64,000 bases of DNA from Candidatus Krumholzibacteriia bacterium (GCA_963836185.1 CAWIIQ010000001.1:1088001-1152000), one strand, 5' to 3'; numbered from the stretch's first letter, positions 52,940-64,000 are shown. Program-made: numbers and translations. Notes: generated by a model not told the origin, from the sequence alone.

Positions 52940-53676
52940 ACGGATTCAGGGAGATCCTGCAGAAGACAAGCGACAGGCTCGATCTGCCCCAGCCGGTAAA
53001 GGCCCGGATACTCCTCGAGATATCGGCCGATCTCGGCGATGTCTACGATGAATGCGTCGAGCGGGGGATGAGCCCGGAGGAAGCGAGGCTCCGCGCGATC
53101 GAGATGTGCGATCTTTCGGACGAGGCCCTCGAGGATCTCGTGCGCGTACATGAAACGCCGCTGAGGCGGTTCCTCGGATCCCTGTCCGACCAGGCGAGGA
53201 CGAGATGGGAGAAGGCTCTGCTCGTCACCCTGGTACTCTTTATCGCCGCATATTCGGGCAGGGAGGCCGTAACGGCGAAACTGTTCAGCACGGCCTCGAT
53301 ATTCGTTTGGCCCATCGCGGCGGTATCATTCTACGCCCTGATCATGACACTGATAAATATCTACAGGCTCTATATAAAGAAGCAGCACGATCCCCGGAGG
53401 ATCCGCAGCGGACCGGCCGCGATCCTGGCGGCGGGTGTCGTCTGCCTGCTGACCGGTTTTGCCGGACTGGCCTTCGAGATGTACAGTGCGGCAAGGTCGA
53501 TCATGGCGGACTCCACGGGCGCTCTCGGTCATATCGTCGAATGGGGACTCTCCTCATCGGCGATGATGATGGCCGCCCTGCTCGCCGCTATCGCAGCGGG
53601 TATCGCCTGGTTCATCCTCGACAACAGGGCGAGGAAGCTCGAGGCGGCAGAGATGTCATGGCTTTTTGAGAATTAG
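52936..53676 (+). CDS. Membrane protein co-transcribed with PadR
   Basis: N-terminal helical domain plus 4 TM. Confidence 0.65.
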   Translation: MNGFREILQKTSDRLDLPQPVKARILLEISADLGDVYDECVERGMSPEEARLRAIEMCDLSDEALEDLVRVHETPLRRFLGSLSDQARTRWEKALLVTLVLFIAAYSGREAVTAKLFSTASIFVWPIAAVSFYALIMTLINIYRLYIKKQHDPRRIRSGPAAILAAGVVCLLTGFAGLAFEMYSAARSIMADSTGALGHIVEWGLSSSAMMMAALLAAIAAGIAWFILDNRARKLEAAEMSWLFEN

Positions 53677-53704
53677 AGACTGACTTAAAGAAGGAGAAAA
53701 TAAA

Positions 53705-54085
53705 ATGGGTTACTTTTTCGCAAGCATGGGACCGTTCGCGATACCGATGATCATCATCACCCTGGCGATCGCAATACTGACAGTTATAAAGGTTATCGAT
53801 CTCTGGGGGAAGAAGGGTCTCTCCCCGCAGAAGCTCGAGAGAGGCCTGCACGCGATACTCTTCTGGGGAGTGGTCAGTGCGGTGTTCGGCTTCCTCGGTC
53901 AGATCAGCGGGATATACCGTGCTCTTAACGTGATCATCAGTGCGACTGAGATCTCGCCAAATGTCGTAGCGCAGGGATTCGCCGAGTCATTCACCACGAC
54001 GATCTTCGGCCTGGAGATACTTCTTGTCTCGGCCATAATCTGGTTCGTCCTCTTCGGCAGGTACAGGAAACTGACCGCCTCCTGA
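53705..54085 (+). CDS. MotA/TolQ/ExbB-like membrane protein
   Basis: GFLGQISG, VAQGFAESFTTTIFGL. Confidence 0.7.
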   Translation: MGYFFASMGPFAIPMIIITLAIAILTVIKVIDLWGKKGLSPQKLERGLHAILFWGVVSAVFGFLGQISGIYRALNVIISATEISPNVVAQGFAESFTTTIFGLEILLVSAIIWFVLFGRYRKLTAS

Positions 54086-54115
54086 GCCGAAGGGACCGTT
54101 AAAACGTTACAATAT

Positions 54116-54144
54116 GCCCGCCGCTTCGATGCGGCGGGTTTTTT
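54116..54144 (+). terminator. Intrinsic terminator
   Basis: GCCCGCCGC-loop-GCGGCGGGT + T run. Confidence 0.8.
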
Positions 54145-54288
54145 ATATGCCTGCAAAAGAATGAGATAGCCGAAATGTGCACGGCTGCCATGCGGTAACA
54201 CAAATTTTATATTGATAACATCATGCGTCCAGTATATTATTCCGTGGTACTGAGCAGGAGCGTTTGGCTGAACCAGGGAAGGAACCGG

Positions 54289-55002
54289 ATGTCAGAAGAG
54301 ATCAGGATACTCGCGATAACTGCAGCATCGATAGGCTTCTTCCATACCCTTCTCGGTCCGGACCATTACCTGCCGTTCATCATGATGGCGCGGGCGGGGA
54401 AATGGTCATACTCAAAGACTGCCGTCGTGACCGTTCTCTGCGGCATAGGGCATGTGGCAAGTTCCATAGCTCTCGGTTTTGCCGGAATCTTCCTCGGTAC
54501 ACAGCTGTCAAAGCTCGAGGCGTTCGAATCGTTCCGCGGCGAGATCGCGGCCTGGCTCCTGATCGTATTCGGGCTGATATACTTCGTCTGGGGAGTTCGC
54601 CGAGCGGTCCTCAACAGGCCGCACAGGCACGTGCACGACCATAACGGAGGAGTCAGCCACGAGCATACTCACGACCATCACGACGAGCACGCGCACGCAC
54701 ATCTCGAGAAGAGCAGCCCGAACTACACACCCTGGGTCCTCTTCGTGATATTCGTCCTCGGCCCATGCGAGCCTCTCATCCCTATACTGATGTATCCCGC
54801 CGCCAGGCATGACATGGGGAGCGTTATCCTGATCGGCTCGATCTTCTCCGTCGTCACCGTGGCCACGATGCTTTCCGTTGTGATGCTTTCTCTGGCGGGA
54901 GTGAAGATGGTCAGGCTGGGATGGATGGAGAGGTATTCACACGCACTGGCAGGCGCGATCATCATGCTGAGCGGCCTGGGAATCCGCTTTCTCGGGCTCT
55001 GA
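54289..55002 (+). CDS. His-rich Ni/Co transporter (UreH/RcnA-like)
   Basis: HTLLGPDHYLP, His-rich loop, GPCEPLIP. Confidence 0.75.
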   Translation: MSEEIRILAITAASIGFFHTLLGPDHYLPFIMMARAGKWSYSKTAVVTVLCGIGHVASSIALGFAGIFLGTQLSKLEAFESFRGEIAAWLLIVFGLIYFVWGVRRAVLNRPHRHVHDHNGGVSHEHTHDHHDEHAHAHLEKSSPNYTPWVLFVIFVLGPCEPLIPILMYPAARHDMGSVILIGSIFSVVTVATMLSVVMLSLAGVKMVRLGWMERYSHALAGAIIMLSGLGIRFLGL

Positions 55003-55880
55003 GCGTGCCGACCTGTGAGACGATGATCCCCAGCAGCATCAGCGCGCAGCCGGCCAGTCCCCTGGCCGGGATCACTTCACCAAGAAAGATCCATCCTCCG
55101 AGAGCGGCGAAGACCGTCTCGAGGCTCAGGATGATCGCCGCGTGAGCGGGAGGGGTCCTGCGCTGGGCAATGACCTGAAGCGTGTACGCTATTCCGACCG
55201 ACATCAGTCCGCCGTAGAGGATCGGGACGGCCGCGCTGATGATCCCGGCGATCTCGATAGTCTCGAATACCAGGGCTGCCGCGAAGCTGAGAAGTGAACA
55301 GGCGGCGAACTGGATCATCGAGAGGAGGACCCCGTCGGTCCTGTGGATCAGTACGCTTATCAGAAGCACGTGTATCGCCCAGAAAAGAGTTCCCCCGAGA
55401 ACGATCAGGTCGCCCTTCGATATAGAGAATACTCCGGTGAAGCTCAGAAGATAGAGCCCGATGGCGGCGAGAAGCACCCCGATCCAGGTCCCTGCCGAGG
55501 TCTTTCTGCCTATCGCCAGGCCGAGGATCGGAACAAGGACGACATACAGGCCTGTGATGAATCCTGACTTGCCGGCCGTTGTAAACTGGATGCCGATCTG
55601 CTGGAAAGAGACGCCGATGAAGATCACTGCTCCAGCGATGAGGCCGCCGAGAAGAGCTGTACTTTCTGGAGGTTCCATCATCCGTTTTCATAGACGCCCG
55701 CCGCCGCATGGCGGCTACGGCGAAAGGTATCAGGACAATGCTGCCGAGCGCGAATCTCACCGCATTGAAGGTGAACGGCCCCACATAACGCATTCCGACG
55801 CGCTGAGCGACAAACGAGAATCCCCAGATCACCGCCGAGAGGAGCAGGAGGCCTTCTGATCCAAGCTGGACCTTTTTCAT
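54962..55880 (-). CDS. DMT/EamA transporter (frameshift)
   Basis: IWGFSFVAQ, GFITGLYVV, AAIILSLETVF. Confidence 0.85.
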
Positions 55881-55905
55881 CGATCCTCCCGGCTGGCGTG
55901 GACAA

Positions 55906-57048
55906 CTAGTGGTTGAAGGTGTATTTGTAATTACTGAACAGTGACCTCGTCTTGTGAAGATAGAAGTCGTGCGTTCCCGGCTGATAGTCGAGGTATTCGA
56001 ATCCTTCTGTCGACATCGGCTCGGCAGACTCTATCTGCGTTCCCTCGTGCCACTCGTTGAACGATGTGATGCCGATGAACGGGGGCTGGATCTTGATGGT
56101 CTCGACGAACATCGCGTAATAGTACTCTCCACGGTCGCGGTCGCGCCGGTTAACGGAATTCCACGGCCTGATGCGGGTGTCGTCATAGCCGGGGCCGATG
56201 CAGGGGATGAACAGGATCTCGTTATCGAGCGCCCATTCGGAAATCTTTTTCCAGTTCAAAGTAGTCGAGCCCCATGTAAATCCATCGATCGCGAAATAGT
56301 TGTAGCAGCCGTCGAAGCCTCCATCGAGGATAAAGTCGAGGTGCTGTTCTTCGACCAGCAGACCTATCACTATGGCATCGTGCGCCGTTCCCCTTATCGT
56401 GTTGTCGCCGCCGGGCGTCAGTACACTCTTCCACTCATCCTCATCGATCAGGTACGAATCGTAGATGAAGAACATCGGCTTTTTGCCGAACCGGTCGGTC
56501 CTGTAGAAGGCGGGGTGATCGCCGTATTCGTCGACTATATAAGCGATCGCGTCTCTGGTCGTTGCCGCCGTGCGGCCCTCGAAAGGCTCGATGTGGAAGT
56601 CGACCCTGAGCCCGTACTGCCATGCCGCGTCGAGGATGCCTGGGACCGCTTTATCAGAGAAACTGCCGGCTCCCCACCACGAGACGCAGATCACGCCGGC
56701 TCCCGCCAGCCGGATCTCGAAGCAGTGCCTCGCGACCGTCTCCGGATCGTTGGAACTGTAGCATCCGTTTCTCGGGAAGAAGTTCGAGCCGATATCGTTC
56801 CCGCCGGGGAACGATGAGTCCGTCTCGCTTCCGTCCCGCGCGAGGACGGCGTGGTTCCAGTGCCTGTACTCGCCGTCGAATTCGGGGGTTCCGTACCAGG
56901 CATAATAGAAGATATGGAAATCCATGCTTCTGGGCAGATATTCGGGGAGGCCCGAGATAGGCTCATCCAGTTTCTTGTCATTTCCGCCGCCGCAGCCGGC
57001 GGACAGGATTAGGAGCAGCGAAAGAAGTATGATTATCGAACCGCGCAT
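55906..57048 (-). CDS. Glycoside hydrolase family 99 (endo-alpha-mannosidase-like) lipoprotein
   Basis: HIFYYAWYG, YSSND, FHIEPF, TSFNEWHEGTQIE. Confidence 0.88.
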   Translation of the reverse strand: MRGSIIILLSLLLILSAGCGGGNDKKLDEPISGLPEYLPRSMDFHIFYYAWYGTPEFDGEYRHWNHAVLARDGSETDSSFPGGNDIGSNFFPRNGCYSSNDPETVARHCFEIRLAGAGVICVSWWGAGSFSDKAVPGILDAAWQYGLRVDFHIEPFEGRTAATTRDAIAYIVDEYGDHPAFYRTDRFGKKPMFFIYDSYLIDEDEWKSVLTPGGDNTIRGTAHDAIVIGLLVEEQHLDFILDGGFDGCYNYFAIDGFTWGSTTLNWKKISEWALDNEILFIPCIGPGYDDTRIRPWNSVNRRDRDRGEYYYAMFVETIKIQPPFIGITSFNEWHEGTQIESAEPMSTEGFEYLDYQPGTHDFYLHKTRSLFSNYKYTFNH

Positions 57049-57237
57049 GTCATCTTCTCCATGGAAACGGGTACTTGCCGCCTCAACCGGCCGGCCAATT
57101 ATACGTTACTGCACAATAATCAAGAAGTTCCCGCCCGTCAAGTGGATGAAAAGAGTCTTGATGGCTGGCGTGTATGGCATTTAGAATGGGGCCGGAGATA
57201 TAGTCCTCATACTGACTGTAACCATTCAGGAGAGATC

Positions 57238-58230
57238 GTGAAAGGATCGTTCAGAAGGACATTCGTCGAGTACTTCTTCATCACTGTCGGGGCGGTCATC
57301 ATGTCCCTTGGTGTCGGAGTATTTCTCATCGACGCGAAGGTCGTGCCCGGGGGGGTCACCGGCCTGTCTATGGCCGTTCACTACATGACGGGGAACACGA
57401 TCCCCGTCGGGATCCTCATGTGGGTGCTGAATATTCCCCTTTTCATATGGGGTATCATCGAACTGGGCAAGTCGTTCGGCTTCAGGACATTCTGGGGATT
57501 TACCGTGAACGCCTTTTTTGTCGATTTCTTCCGCGGCGACATAGTCAAGTCGATCCGCCTGCAGGACAGCGAGGCTGTCCGTTACCTTCTGGAGAACGAT
57601 TTCTTCTTTCTTGTCCTCATCGGGGCAGTATTCCTCGGCGTCGGCCTCGGGATAATCTTCAAGTTCAAGGGCACGACGGCGGGGAGCGATATCATCGCGG
57701 CGATCGCGAGGAAGCGCTGGAAATTCAAGCCGGGGATCACGATCATCGTCACCGATTTCTTCGTCATATGCTTCGCCGGACTGGCGATACATATAAAGGA
57801 CCTTTCTCCCGACACGCCAGTCATCGTCCTGATGCTATACTCGTTCCTGCTGCTGCTCATCTCCTCGCAGCTGATCGATGTGATCATTTTCGGATTCGAC
57901 TACGCGAAGTCGGCCTACATCATCTCCGACAAGCACGAAGAGATAGCGAGAGAGATCACGCTCGGGCTCGGAAGAGGGGCGACCGCCTTCCACGGGAAGG
58001 GGCTTTACAGGGGGGTAGAGAGAGACATCATATTCACGGTGGTCAGCCGCCGCGAGATATTCAGGCTCGTAGAAAGGGTCAGGAAGATCGATCCGGACGC
58101 CTTCATGATAATCAGCCGCGTACATGAAGTCCTCGGCGAAGGATTCATGCCGAGAGGCGAGGTCGACCTCGACAAACTGACGATGCTGAAAAAAGAAAAG
58201 CTGCAGCTGGAAGGGAAGAAAGACGCATGA
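57238..58230 (+). CDS. YitT family membrane protein
   Basis: PGGVTG, LNIPLF, GTTAGSDI, IDPDAF, EVLGEGF. Confidence 0.88.
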   Translation: MKGSFRRTFVEYFFITVGAVIMSLGVGVFLIDAKVVPGGVTGLSMAVHYMTGNTIPVGILMWVLNIPLFIWGIIELGKSFGFRTFWGFTVNAFFVDFFRGDIVKSIRLQDSEAVRYLLENDFFFLVLIGAVFLGVGLGIIFKFKGTTAGSDIIAAIARKRWKFKPGITIIVTDFFVICFAGLAIHIKDLSPDTPVIVLMLYSFLLLLISSQLIDVIIFGFDYAKSAYIISDKHEEIAREITLGLGRGATAFHGKGLYRGVERDIIFTVVSRREIFRLVERVRKIDPDAFMIISRVHEVLGEGFMPRGEVDLDKLTMLKKEKLQLEGKKDA

Positions 58231-58710
58231 AAAGCTATCACCTCAGGCGCAGGGAGAAGGAGATCACGGATATCGATGAAATGCGGGCGATCGTATCGTC
58301 GGCACGATTCGCCGCCGTGGCCCTCTGCCGTGAAGGGGAACCGTATATCGTGACGATGAATCACGGCTGGGATGCCGGCAGCGATACGCTTTACTTTCAT
58401 TGCGCCCATGAAGGCAAGAAGATAGATTTCATCAATGCCAACCAGCGTGCCTGCGCGACAGTGGTCGAGGATCACGGCTACAAGCACGGTGAATGCGATC
58501 ATGCCTATCGCTCGGTCGTGATGAACGGCAGGATCGAAGTCGTTGAGCGACCTCGAAGAGAAAAAACACGGGCTCAAGGTGCTGCTCGAGCACCAGGAAA
58601 AGGAGCCAGATCCGATAAGAAAACGAACACTTCCCGATGACGCGGCCTATGACAGGGTCGGTGTCCTGAAGATGCGCATCGATGGGATGACGGGAAAACA
58701 GGGACTTTGA
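58227..58710 (+). CDS. Pyridoxamine 5'-phosphate oxidase family (NimA-like) (frameshift)
   Basis: LRRREKEI, PYIVTMN, YFHCAHEGKK, YRSVV. Confidence 0.8.
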
Positions 58711-58733
58711 CGCGACAGGAGTAACCCGTGAAT

Positions 58734-59874
58734 ATGAAGAGGATCATTTTGGTGACAGTCGTCCTTTCGATAGTCTCCGGACTTTCGTGTCAGCCGACCG
58801 AAGACGCGGGAAAAGTGCCCAGGGCACTCTCCGATGAGGAGTTCGCCCGGCCCGAAGACGGGATCGATCCGTAACATCTATGACTGCGAAAGGCTTCCGG
58901 GCACCCCGGTCATCGACGGCAGGATCAGCGAGGAGGAGTGGAAAGGGTCGGACTGGACCGAGGATTTCGTCGATATCACGGGAAGCGGAGAGTACCCCTC
59001 GCTGCGAACGCAGGCAAGGATGGCGTGGGATGACGATTATCTCTACGTCGCGGCCAGGATGGAGGAGCCGCATGTGCAGGCGACGCTTACAGAGCACGAT
59101 GCTGTTATATGGCACGACAACGATTTCGAGATCTTTATCGATCCTGACGGCGACACGCATGAATACTACGAGATAGAGATCAACGCGGCGGGGACCGTCT
59201 TCGACCTGTTCCTCGTAAAACCGTACCGCGACGGCGGGCCGGCTCTCCATCACTGGGATGTAGCCGGGCTGAAGAAGGCCGTGGGCATCGAGGGTACCCT
59301 CAATGACCCGTCGGACAGCGACACGGGGTGGGAGGTCGAGATGGCGATACCGTGGGAGGTCCTGGCCGAGTGCGCCAACCGCGCCGCTCCTCCTTCTGAA
59401 GGCGATATCTGGAAGATCAATTTCTCCCGGGTCGAGTGGAAGACGGTCGTAGAGGGAGGGCGCTACGTCAAGGCTACCGATTCGGATACTGGAAAACCGT
59501 ACGCGGAGAGAAACTGGGTCTGGTCGCCACAGGGTATCGTGAACATGCACTATCCCGAGATGTGGGGATATGTCCGCTTCACAAATGCCGTCAGGGCATA
59601 TGGAGGAGGGGTCTACGTGCCCGGTCCGGACGAGGAAGCGTGGGACGCTCTTCGTGAACTCTACTACGCGGAGAAGACGTGGCAGCTCCGGTACGGGGAA
59701 TATACAGCAGACATCGGGGCACTGGGACTGGGCAACAGGGAGATATTCGATCACCGGTGGCCCCCGGTGCTCGAGGCTACCAGGAACAGGTTCGAGGCAA
59801 GACTGTATTCGGATGACGGCTCGGTCGCCAAGCAGATCGTAGAGGACGGCAGGACGAGAGTCCTGGAGGACTGA
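58734..59874 (+). CDS. Carbohydrate-binding family 9-like lipoprotein (5' frameshift)
   Basis: DNDFEIFIDPDGD, WEVEMAIPW, INFSRVEW, NWVWSPQG. Confidence 0.8.
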
Positions 59875-59879
59875 TATCA

Positions 59880-60557
59880 ATGAATGAAGCGGTAGAGGCA
59901 TTTACCGTAGTGATCATAGTCGCGAACGGGATATTCTCCTTCCGGGGCTTCAAGAACAGGATCTTTCTCGAGAAGTACCTCTTTTACGTACGGGGCATCC
60001 TCGAGCGGAACGAATACTACAGGCTATTTACATCGGGCTTTCTTCACGCAAATATTCCTCACCTCGCCTTCAACATGCTCGCTCTTTATTCGTTCAGCCA
60101 GGGGATAGGCAGGGTAATAGGAATACTCGACTTCGTGATGGTTTATTTCGGGAGTCTCCTCGCCGGCAATATCCTCGCTCTACAGATCAACAGGAACAAT
60201 CCCGAATACAGGGCGCTCGGGGCATCGGGCGCCGTAAGCGGCGTGATATTCTCGAGTATCCTGATGTATCCCCACGGTTCGATCTCGTTTCTCTTCTTCC
60301 CGATAGCGATCCCGTCGTGGCTCTTCGGGATAGGATTTATTCTCGTGTCGATCTACGGGATAAGGACCGGGCTGGGGAACCTCGGTCACGAGGCGCATCT
60401 CGGCGGCGCGATAGCGGGCGTACTCATCTCAACGATGATCGAGCCGCGTCTTCTCTCGACGAGACTGTGGCTCGTAGCGGCGCTGGTCCTCCCGGCAGCC
60501 GCTTACCTCTATCTGCTGATAAAGAGGCCTGACATCGCGGGCAGAAGGAGGCGTTGA
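59880..60557 (+). CDS. Rhomboid intramembrane protease
   Basis: HLAFNM, GASGAVSG, HEAHLGG. Confidence 0.9.
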   Translation: MNEAVEAFTVVIIVANGIFSFRGFKNRIFLEKYLFYVRGILERNEYYRLFTSGFLHANIPHLAFNMLALYSFSQGIGRVIGILDFVMVYFGSLLAGNILALQINRNNPEYRALGASGAVSGVIFSSILMYPHGSISFLFFPIAIPSWLFGIGFILVSIYGIRTGLGNLGHEAHLGGAIAGVLISTMIEPRLLSTRLWLVAALVLPAAAYLYLLIKRPDIAGRRRR

Positions 60558-61486
60558 GCATCATGAAAAAAGTAGGGCTGGCGCTCGGGTCGGGAGCGGC
60601 AAGGGGACTGAGCCAGATCGGCATACTGCTCTGGCTCAAGGAGAACGGGATCGAGGTGAGCTGCATATCCGGCACATCGATAGGATCGGTAATAGGAGCG
60701 GCCATATCTTACGGTTACACACCGGAGTACCTGAGAGACCTCGTCCTCGGTATCAAGTGGATAGATATGCTGAAATACCTCAGGCCCTCGCTCAAGGGGG
60801 CGAGTTTTCTCGAGTGGAAGAAGATAGATGAATTCATGCAGGAAATCTTCGAGGAGAAAAAGATCGAGGAACTTAAGCTCCCGTTCGGGTGCATCGCGAC
60901 CGATATCGATACGGGCAACGAGTATGCCTTCAGGACAGGGCTGGTCACTGAGGCGCTGAGGGCGTCGGCCTGCATCCCGGCGGTCTTTCCCCCCGTCGAG
61001 ATGAACGGTATCCACCTCGTCGACGGCGCGGTGGTAAATCCCGTTCCGATCAACCTCGCCTTCGAGCTCGGCGCCGATGTAGTCATCGGCGTCAATGTCA
61101 ACCCCTCCATATTCACAGAGAGGATGACGTTTGGGGAGGAGTTGCCCGCTTCGAGAATGGACAGGGTCGACAACAGGCTGAAGGATATGCTGGACAGGAA
61201 CCCGCTCGTCAAGAGGGGGCTCATCGATACGAGGCGTCTCGAGGAGAAATACGAGCAGCACCGCAGAAAGCGGAGGATCATGGATGTAGTCACCGATACG
61301 GCTGCCATCACCGCGTCGAAGATGCTTTCGCTCGAACTGCTCGATACGGCCGGGCCGGTCTACCTGCTCAAGCCGGAAGTCGGCGGATACCAGGATTTCG
61401 ATTTCGACATGGCCGAAGATATTGTCAGACATGGCTACAGGGAAGCGGCGGAATCGGGCGATGAACTGCTCGAGTTCTGCGGATAA
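60554..61486 (+). CDS. Patatin-like phospholipase
   Basis: LGSGAARG, GTSIG, DGA. Confidence 0.88.
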   Translation: MSIMKKVGLALGSGAARGLSQIGILLWLKENGIEVSCISGTSIGSVIGAAISYGYTPEYLRDLVLGIKWIDMLKYLRPSLKGASFLEWKKIDEFMQEIFEEKKIEELKLPFGCIATDIDTGNEYAFRTGLVTEALRASACIPAVFPPVEMNGIHLVDGAVVNPVPINLAFELGADVVIGVNVNPSIFTERMTFGEELPASRMDRVDNRLKDMLDRNPLVKRGLIDTRRLEEKYEQHRRKRRIMDVVTDTAAITASKMLSLELLDTAGPVYLLKPEVGGYQDFDFDMAEDIVRHGYREAAESGDELLEFCG

Positions 61487-61501
61487 CGGCCCGGGGGATC
61501 G

Positions 61502-63334
61502 ATGAAGCTTAAAAAGGAACTCGGACTTCTCGAAGTCTTCTGCCTCGCGAGCGGAGCGATGATAAGCTCGGGACTGTTCATCCTTCCCGGCATGGCCCAC
61601 GCACGCGCGGGCCCGGCTGTCATTGCGAGCTATTTCCTCGCCGCCCTTTTCGCCCTGACCGGCCTGCTCAGCCTGGCTGAGCTCGTATCGGCGATGCCCA
61701 AGGCGGGAGGGGACTATTTCTACGTCAAGCGCACGATGGGGCCAGCGATGGGGACGGTCGGCGGGCTGGTAACCTGGTTCTCACTGACCCTTAAGAGCGC
61801 ATTCGCCCTCGTTGGGATGGCCGCGTTTACAGCTTATATCGTCGACCTCGACGTGAGGATCATCGCGTTGTCACTGTGTGCCATATTCGTCATCCTGAAC
61901 CTCGTCGGGATCAAGGAAGCGGCCAGGGTGCAGGTCTTTCTCGTGGTCGGCCTGCTCGCCGCGCTCGTGGTATATGTCGTCAGGGGAGTACCCTCGGTCA
62001 CAGTAGAGAACCTCGCACCGTTCAGTCCTTACGGGCTTGGAGCGGTCCTCTCTACGGCCGGATTCGTATTCGTCTCATACGGCGGACTTCTCAAGGTCGC
62101 CAGCATCGCCGAAGAGGTAAGGGACCCTGGGCGCGTCGTGCCTCTCGGCATGATACTGTCGCTTCTGGTCGTCGGACTTCTCTACGTCGCGGTCGTTTTC
62201 GTCACCGCCGGTGTGATGGACGACGCGAAGCTGGATATCTCGATCACACCGATATCGGACGGCGCGGCCGTATTCCTCGGAAACAAGGGGCGGATCCTTC
62301 TGGGAATAGCGGCGATTTTCGCTTTCATCTCTACGGCCAACGCGGGGATCATGGCAGCATCGAGGTACCCGCTGGCGCTGAGCCGGGACGGGCTCATGCC
62401 GCGGTTGCTGAGCAGGGTCAACGCCCGGTTCAAGACCCCGCATTTCTCGATCCTCGTGACAGGGATCATGATGTCTGTATTCCTTTTCATGAAGCTCGAT
62501 ATGCTGGTAAAGGCCGCATCTGCCGTGATGATCCTTACGTATTCCTTTTCCTGTGTGTCGATTATCATACTGAGGGAGAGCAGAATACAGAACTATCAGC
62601 CGGTATTCAGATCTCCGCTCTATCCGTGGGTTCAGATCGCGGGCCTCGCCGGATCGGCGTTTCTTCTTATAGGAATGGGGAGGGCGGTATTGTTAACTGC
62701 CGCTGCTGCAATCATCTTCGGGTTCGTCGTCTACTGGGTATACGGGAGGATAAGGTCGGTAAGGGAGTTCGCTCTGCTCCATATCATCGAGAGGATTACG
62801 GCCAAGGAACTGACGACACGCTCCCTCGAATCGGAGCTCAAGGAGATAATCCGCGAGCGCGACGATATCGTTAAGGACCGTTTCGATAATCTCATCGAGA
62901 ATGCGATCGTCATGGATGTGCCCGGCCCGCTGAAGGCGGCTGAGTTCTTCGCCATGGTCGCAGACGAGATGGCCGACAGGCTCGGCATCGAAAAGGCGAT
63001 AATGATGAAGCTTCTCCACGACAGGGAGAAAGACAGCAGCACGGTCCTTACTCCATGCCTTGCCATACCGCATATAGTGGTCGGTGGAGAGAAGAGGTTC
63101 GAGATACTTCTCGCCAGATGTGCAGATGGCGTCGAGTTCTCGGAAGCGGCGCCGAACATCAGGGCGATCTTCGTGCTCGCCGGCTCGCGAGACGAAAGGA
63201 ACTTCCACCTGCGTGCCTTGGCGGGGCTCGCGCAGATCGTACAGGACGTGCATTTCGAGGAAAAATGGCTGAAGGCGAAGGGCAGGGAGGACCTCAGGGA
63301 CCTGATACTGCTCGGAAAGAGAAGAAGGCAATGA
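61502..63334 (+). CDS. APC amino-acid permease fused to a PTS EIIA-like domain
   Basis: GAMISSGLFILPG, AEEVRDP; C-terminal REKDSSTVL...AIPH...HLRALA. Confidence 0.85.
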   Translation: MKLKKELGLLEVFCLASGAMISSGLFILPGMAHARAGPAVIASYFLAALFALTGLLSLAELVSAMPKAGGDYFYVKRTMGPAMGTVGGLVTWFSLTLKSAFALVGMAAFTAYIVDLDVRIIALSLCAIFVILNLVGIKEAARVQVFLVVGLLAALVVYVVRGVPSVTVENLAPFSPYGLGAVLSTAGFVFVSYGGLLKVASIAEEVRDPGRVVPLGMILSLLVVGLLYVAVVFVTAGVMDDAKLDISITPISDGAAVFLGNKGRILLGIAAIFAFISTANAGIMAASRYPLALSRDGLMPRLLSRVNARFKTPHFSILVTGIMMSVFLFMKLDMLVKAASAVMILTYSFSCVSIIILRESRIQNYQPVFRSPLYPWVQIAGLAGSAFLLIGMGRAVLLTAAAAIIFGFVVYWVYGRIRSVREFALLHIIERITAKELTTRSLESELKEIIRERDDIVKDRFDNLIENAIVMDVPGPLKAAEFFAMVADEMADRLGIEKAIMMKLLHDREKDSSTVLTPCLAIPHIVVGGEKRFEILLARCADGVEFSEAAPNIRAIFVLAGSRDERNFHLRALAGLAQIVQDVHFEEKWLKAKGREDLRDLILLGKRRRQ

Positions 63335-63924
63335 TCGGAAAAGAGGCCCTGGAAAGACTTCTGGAAGGGAACAGGAGATACCTCGCAGGCGAGTGCGCCG
63401 GAGAGGAACGTCACCGGGAGAGAAGGGCTGAGACGGTCTGCGGCCAGGACCCATACGCGATAATCCTCGGCTGTTCGGATTCGCGGGTACCTCCCGAGAT
63501 CATCTTCGACAGCGGTATCGGCGATCTATTTGTCGTGCGTGTTGCCGGTGAGGTAGCGGGGGACCAGGTCCTCGGTTCGATCGAGTACGCAGCTTCCCAT
63601 CTTCACACCCCACTGCTGCTCGTGCTCGGGCATACGAACTGCGGCGCCGTGACGGCAGCCGTCGCCGGCGCCGAGGAGGAGGGGCACATCGGCTCCGTCC
63701 TCTGCGAGCTGTGCGAGGCAGTCGAGGCATCGGAGAACGCCTGCACTGAGGACACGGACGAAGACGGGCGCGTACTGGCGGCGGTTATCGAGAACGCGCT
63801 GATGATAGCGCGCAGGCTGCGCGCATCCGAACCTGTCCTGAAGAAACTCGTAGATGACGGCTCGCTGCTCGTGGAAGCGGCACTCTATGACATAAAGACG
63901 GGGGTCGTCTCGATAATCACCTGA
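63331..63924 (+). CDS. Beta-class carbonic anhydrase
   Basis: CSDSR, FVVRVAG, GHTNCGA. Confidence 0.9.
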   Translation: MIGKEALERLLEGNRRYLAGECAGEERHRERRAETVCGQDPYAIILGCSDSRVPPEIIFDSGIGDLFVVRVAGEVAGDQVLGSIEYAASHLHTPLLLVLGHTNCGAVTAAVAGAEEEGHIGSVLCELCEAVEASENACTEDTDEDGRVLAAVIENALMIARRLRASEPVLKKLVDDGSLLVEAALYDIKTGVVSIIT

Positions 63925-64000
63925 GAAGCACGAGACGCGAAGTGGCGGTGTATATCCCTGTTTTCAGCCTGCAGAAGTAGACGCCGCTCGATACCTGCCT

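Noticed and set aside
54190-54230. NikR operator upstream of the His-rich transporter
   Set aside because: GTAACAC is present, but there is no properly spaced inverted half-site.
33750-63454. Long antisense/alternate-frame ORFs (e.g. 50513-51760, 58744-59901, 60509-61600)
   Set aside because: Shadow ORFs of well-supported genes in GC-rich DNA.

Overview
Chromosomal window from a GC-rich bacterium. The FlgD/T9SS-like 'HQNYPNPFNP' tail and the 'VATEESSWG' C-terminal motif suggest an FCB-group lineage such as Krumholzibacteriota/Latescibacterota (inference). About 25 genes are split by single-base frameshifts, most likely uncorrected long-read indels. Order: NrdR-regulated class II ribonucleotide reductase and a flavin reductase (0.9-3.7 kb); a tyrosine recombinase (3818-4789); then, on the same strand, a ~13.7 kb AT-richer array of 16 gene cassettes separated by 16 attC-like structured repeats (4793-18525); katG; an AT-rich, repeat-less block of cassette-like lipoprotein genes (20.9-25.5 kb); then ordinary housekeeping and transport genes. 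The main finding is the array. The recombinase lacks the diagnostic IntI insertion, and its attI-like site sits inside its own 3' end. Almost every cassette is bounded by its own 13-19 bp inverted repeat with a near-invariant C:A mismatch at position 11 and XerC/lox-like half-sites. Cargo includes two paralogous ORF-less cassettes and two families of paralogous lipoproteins.
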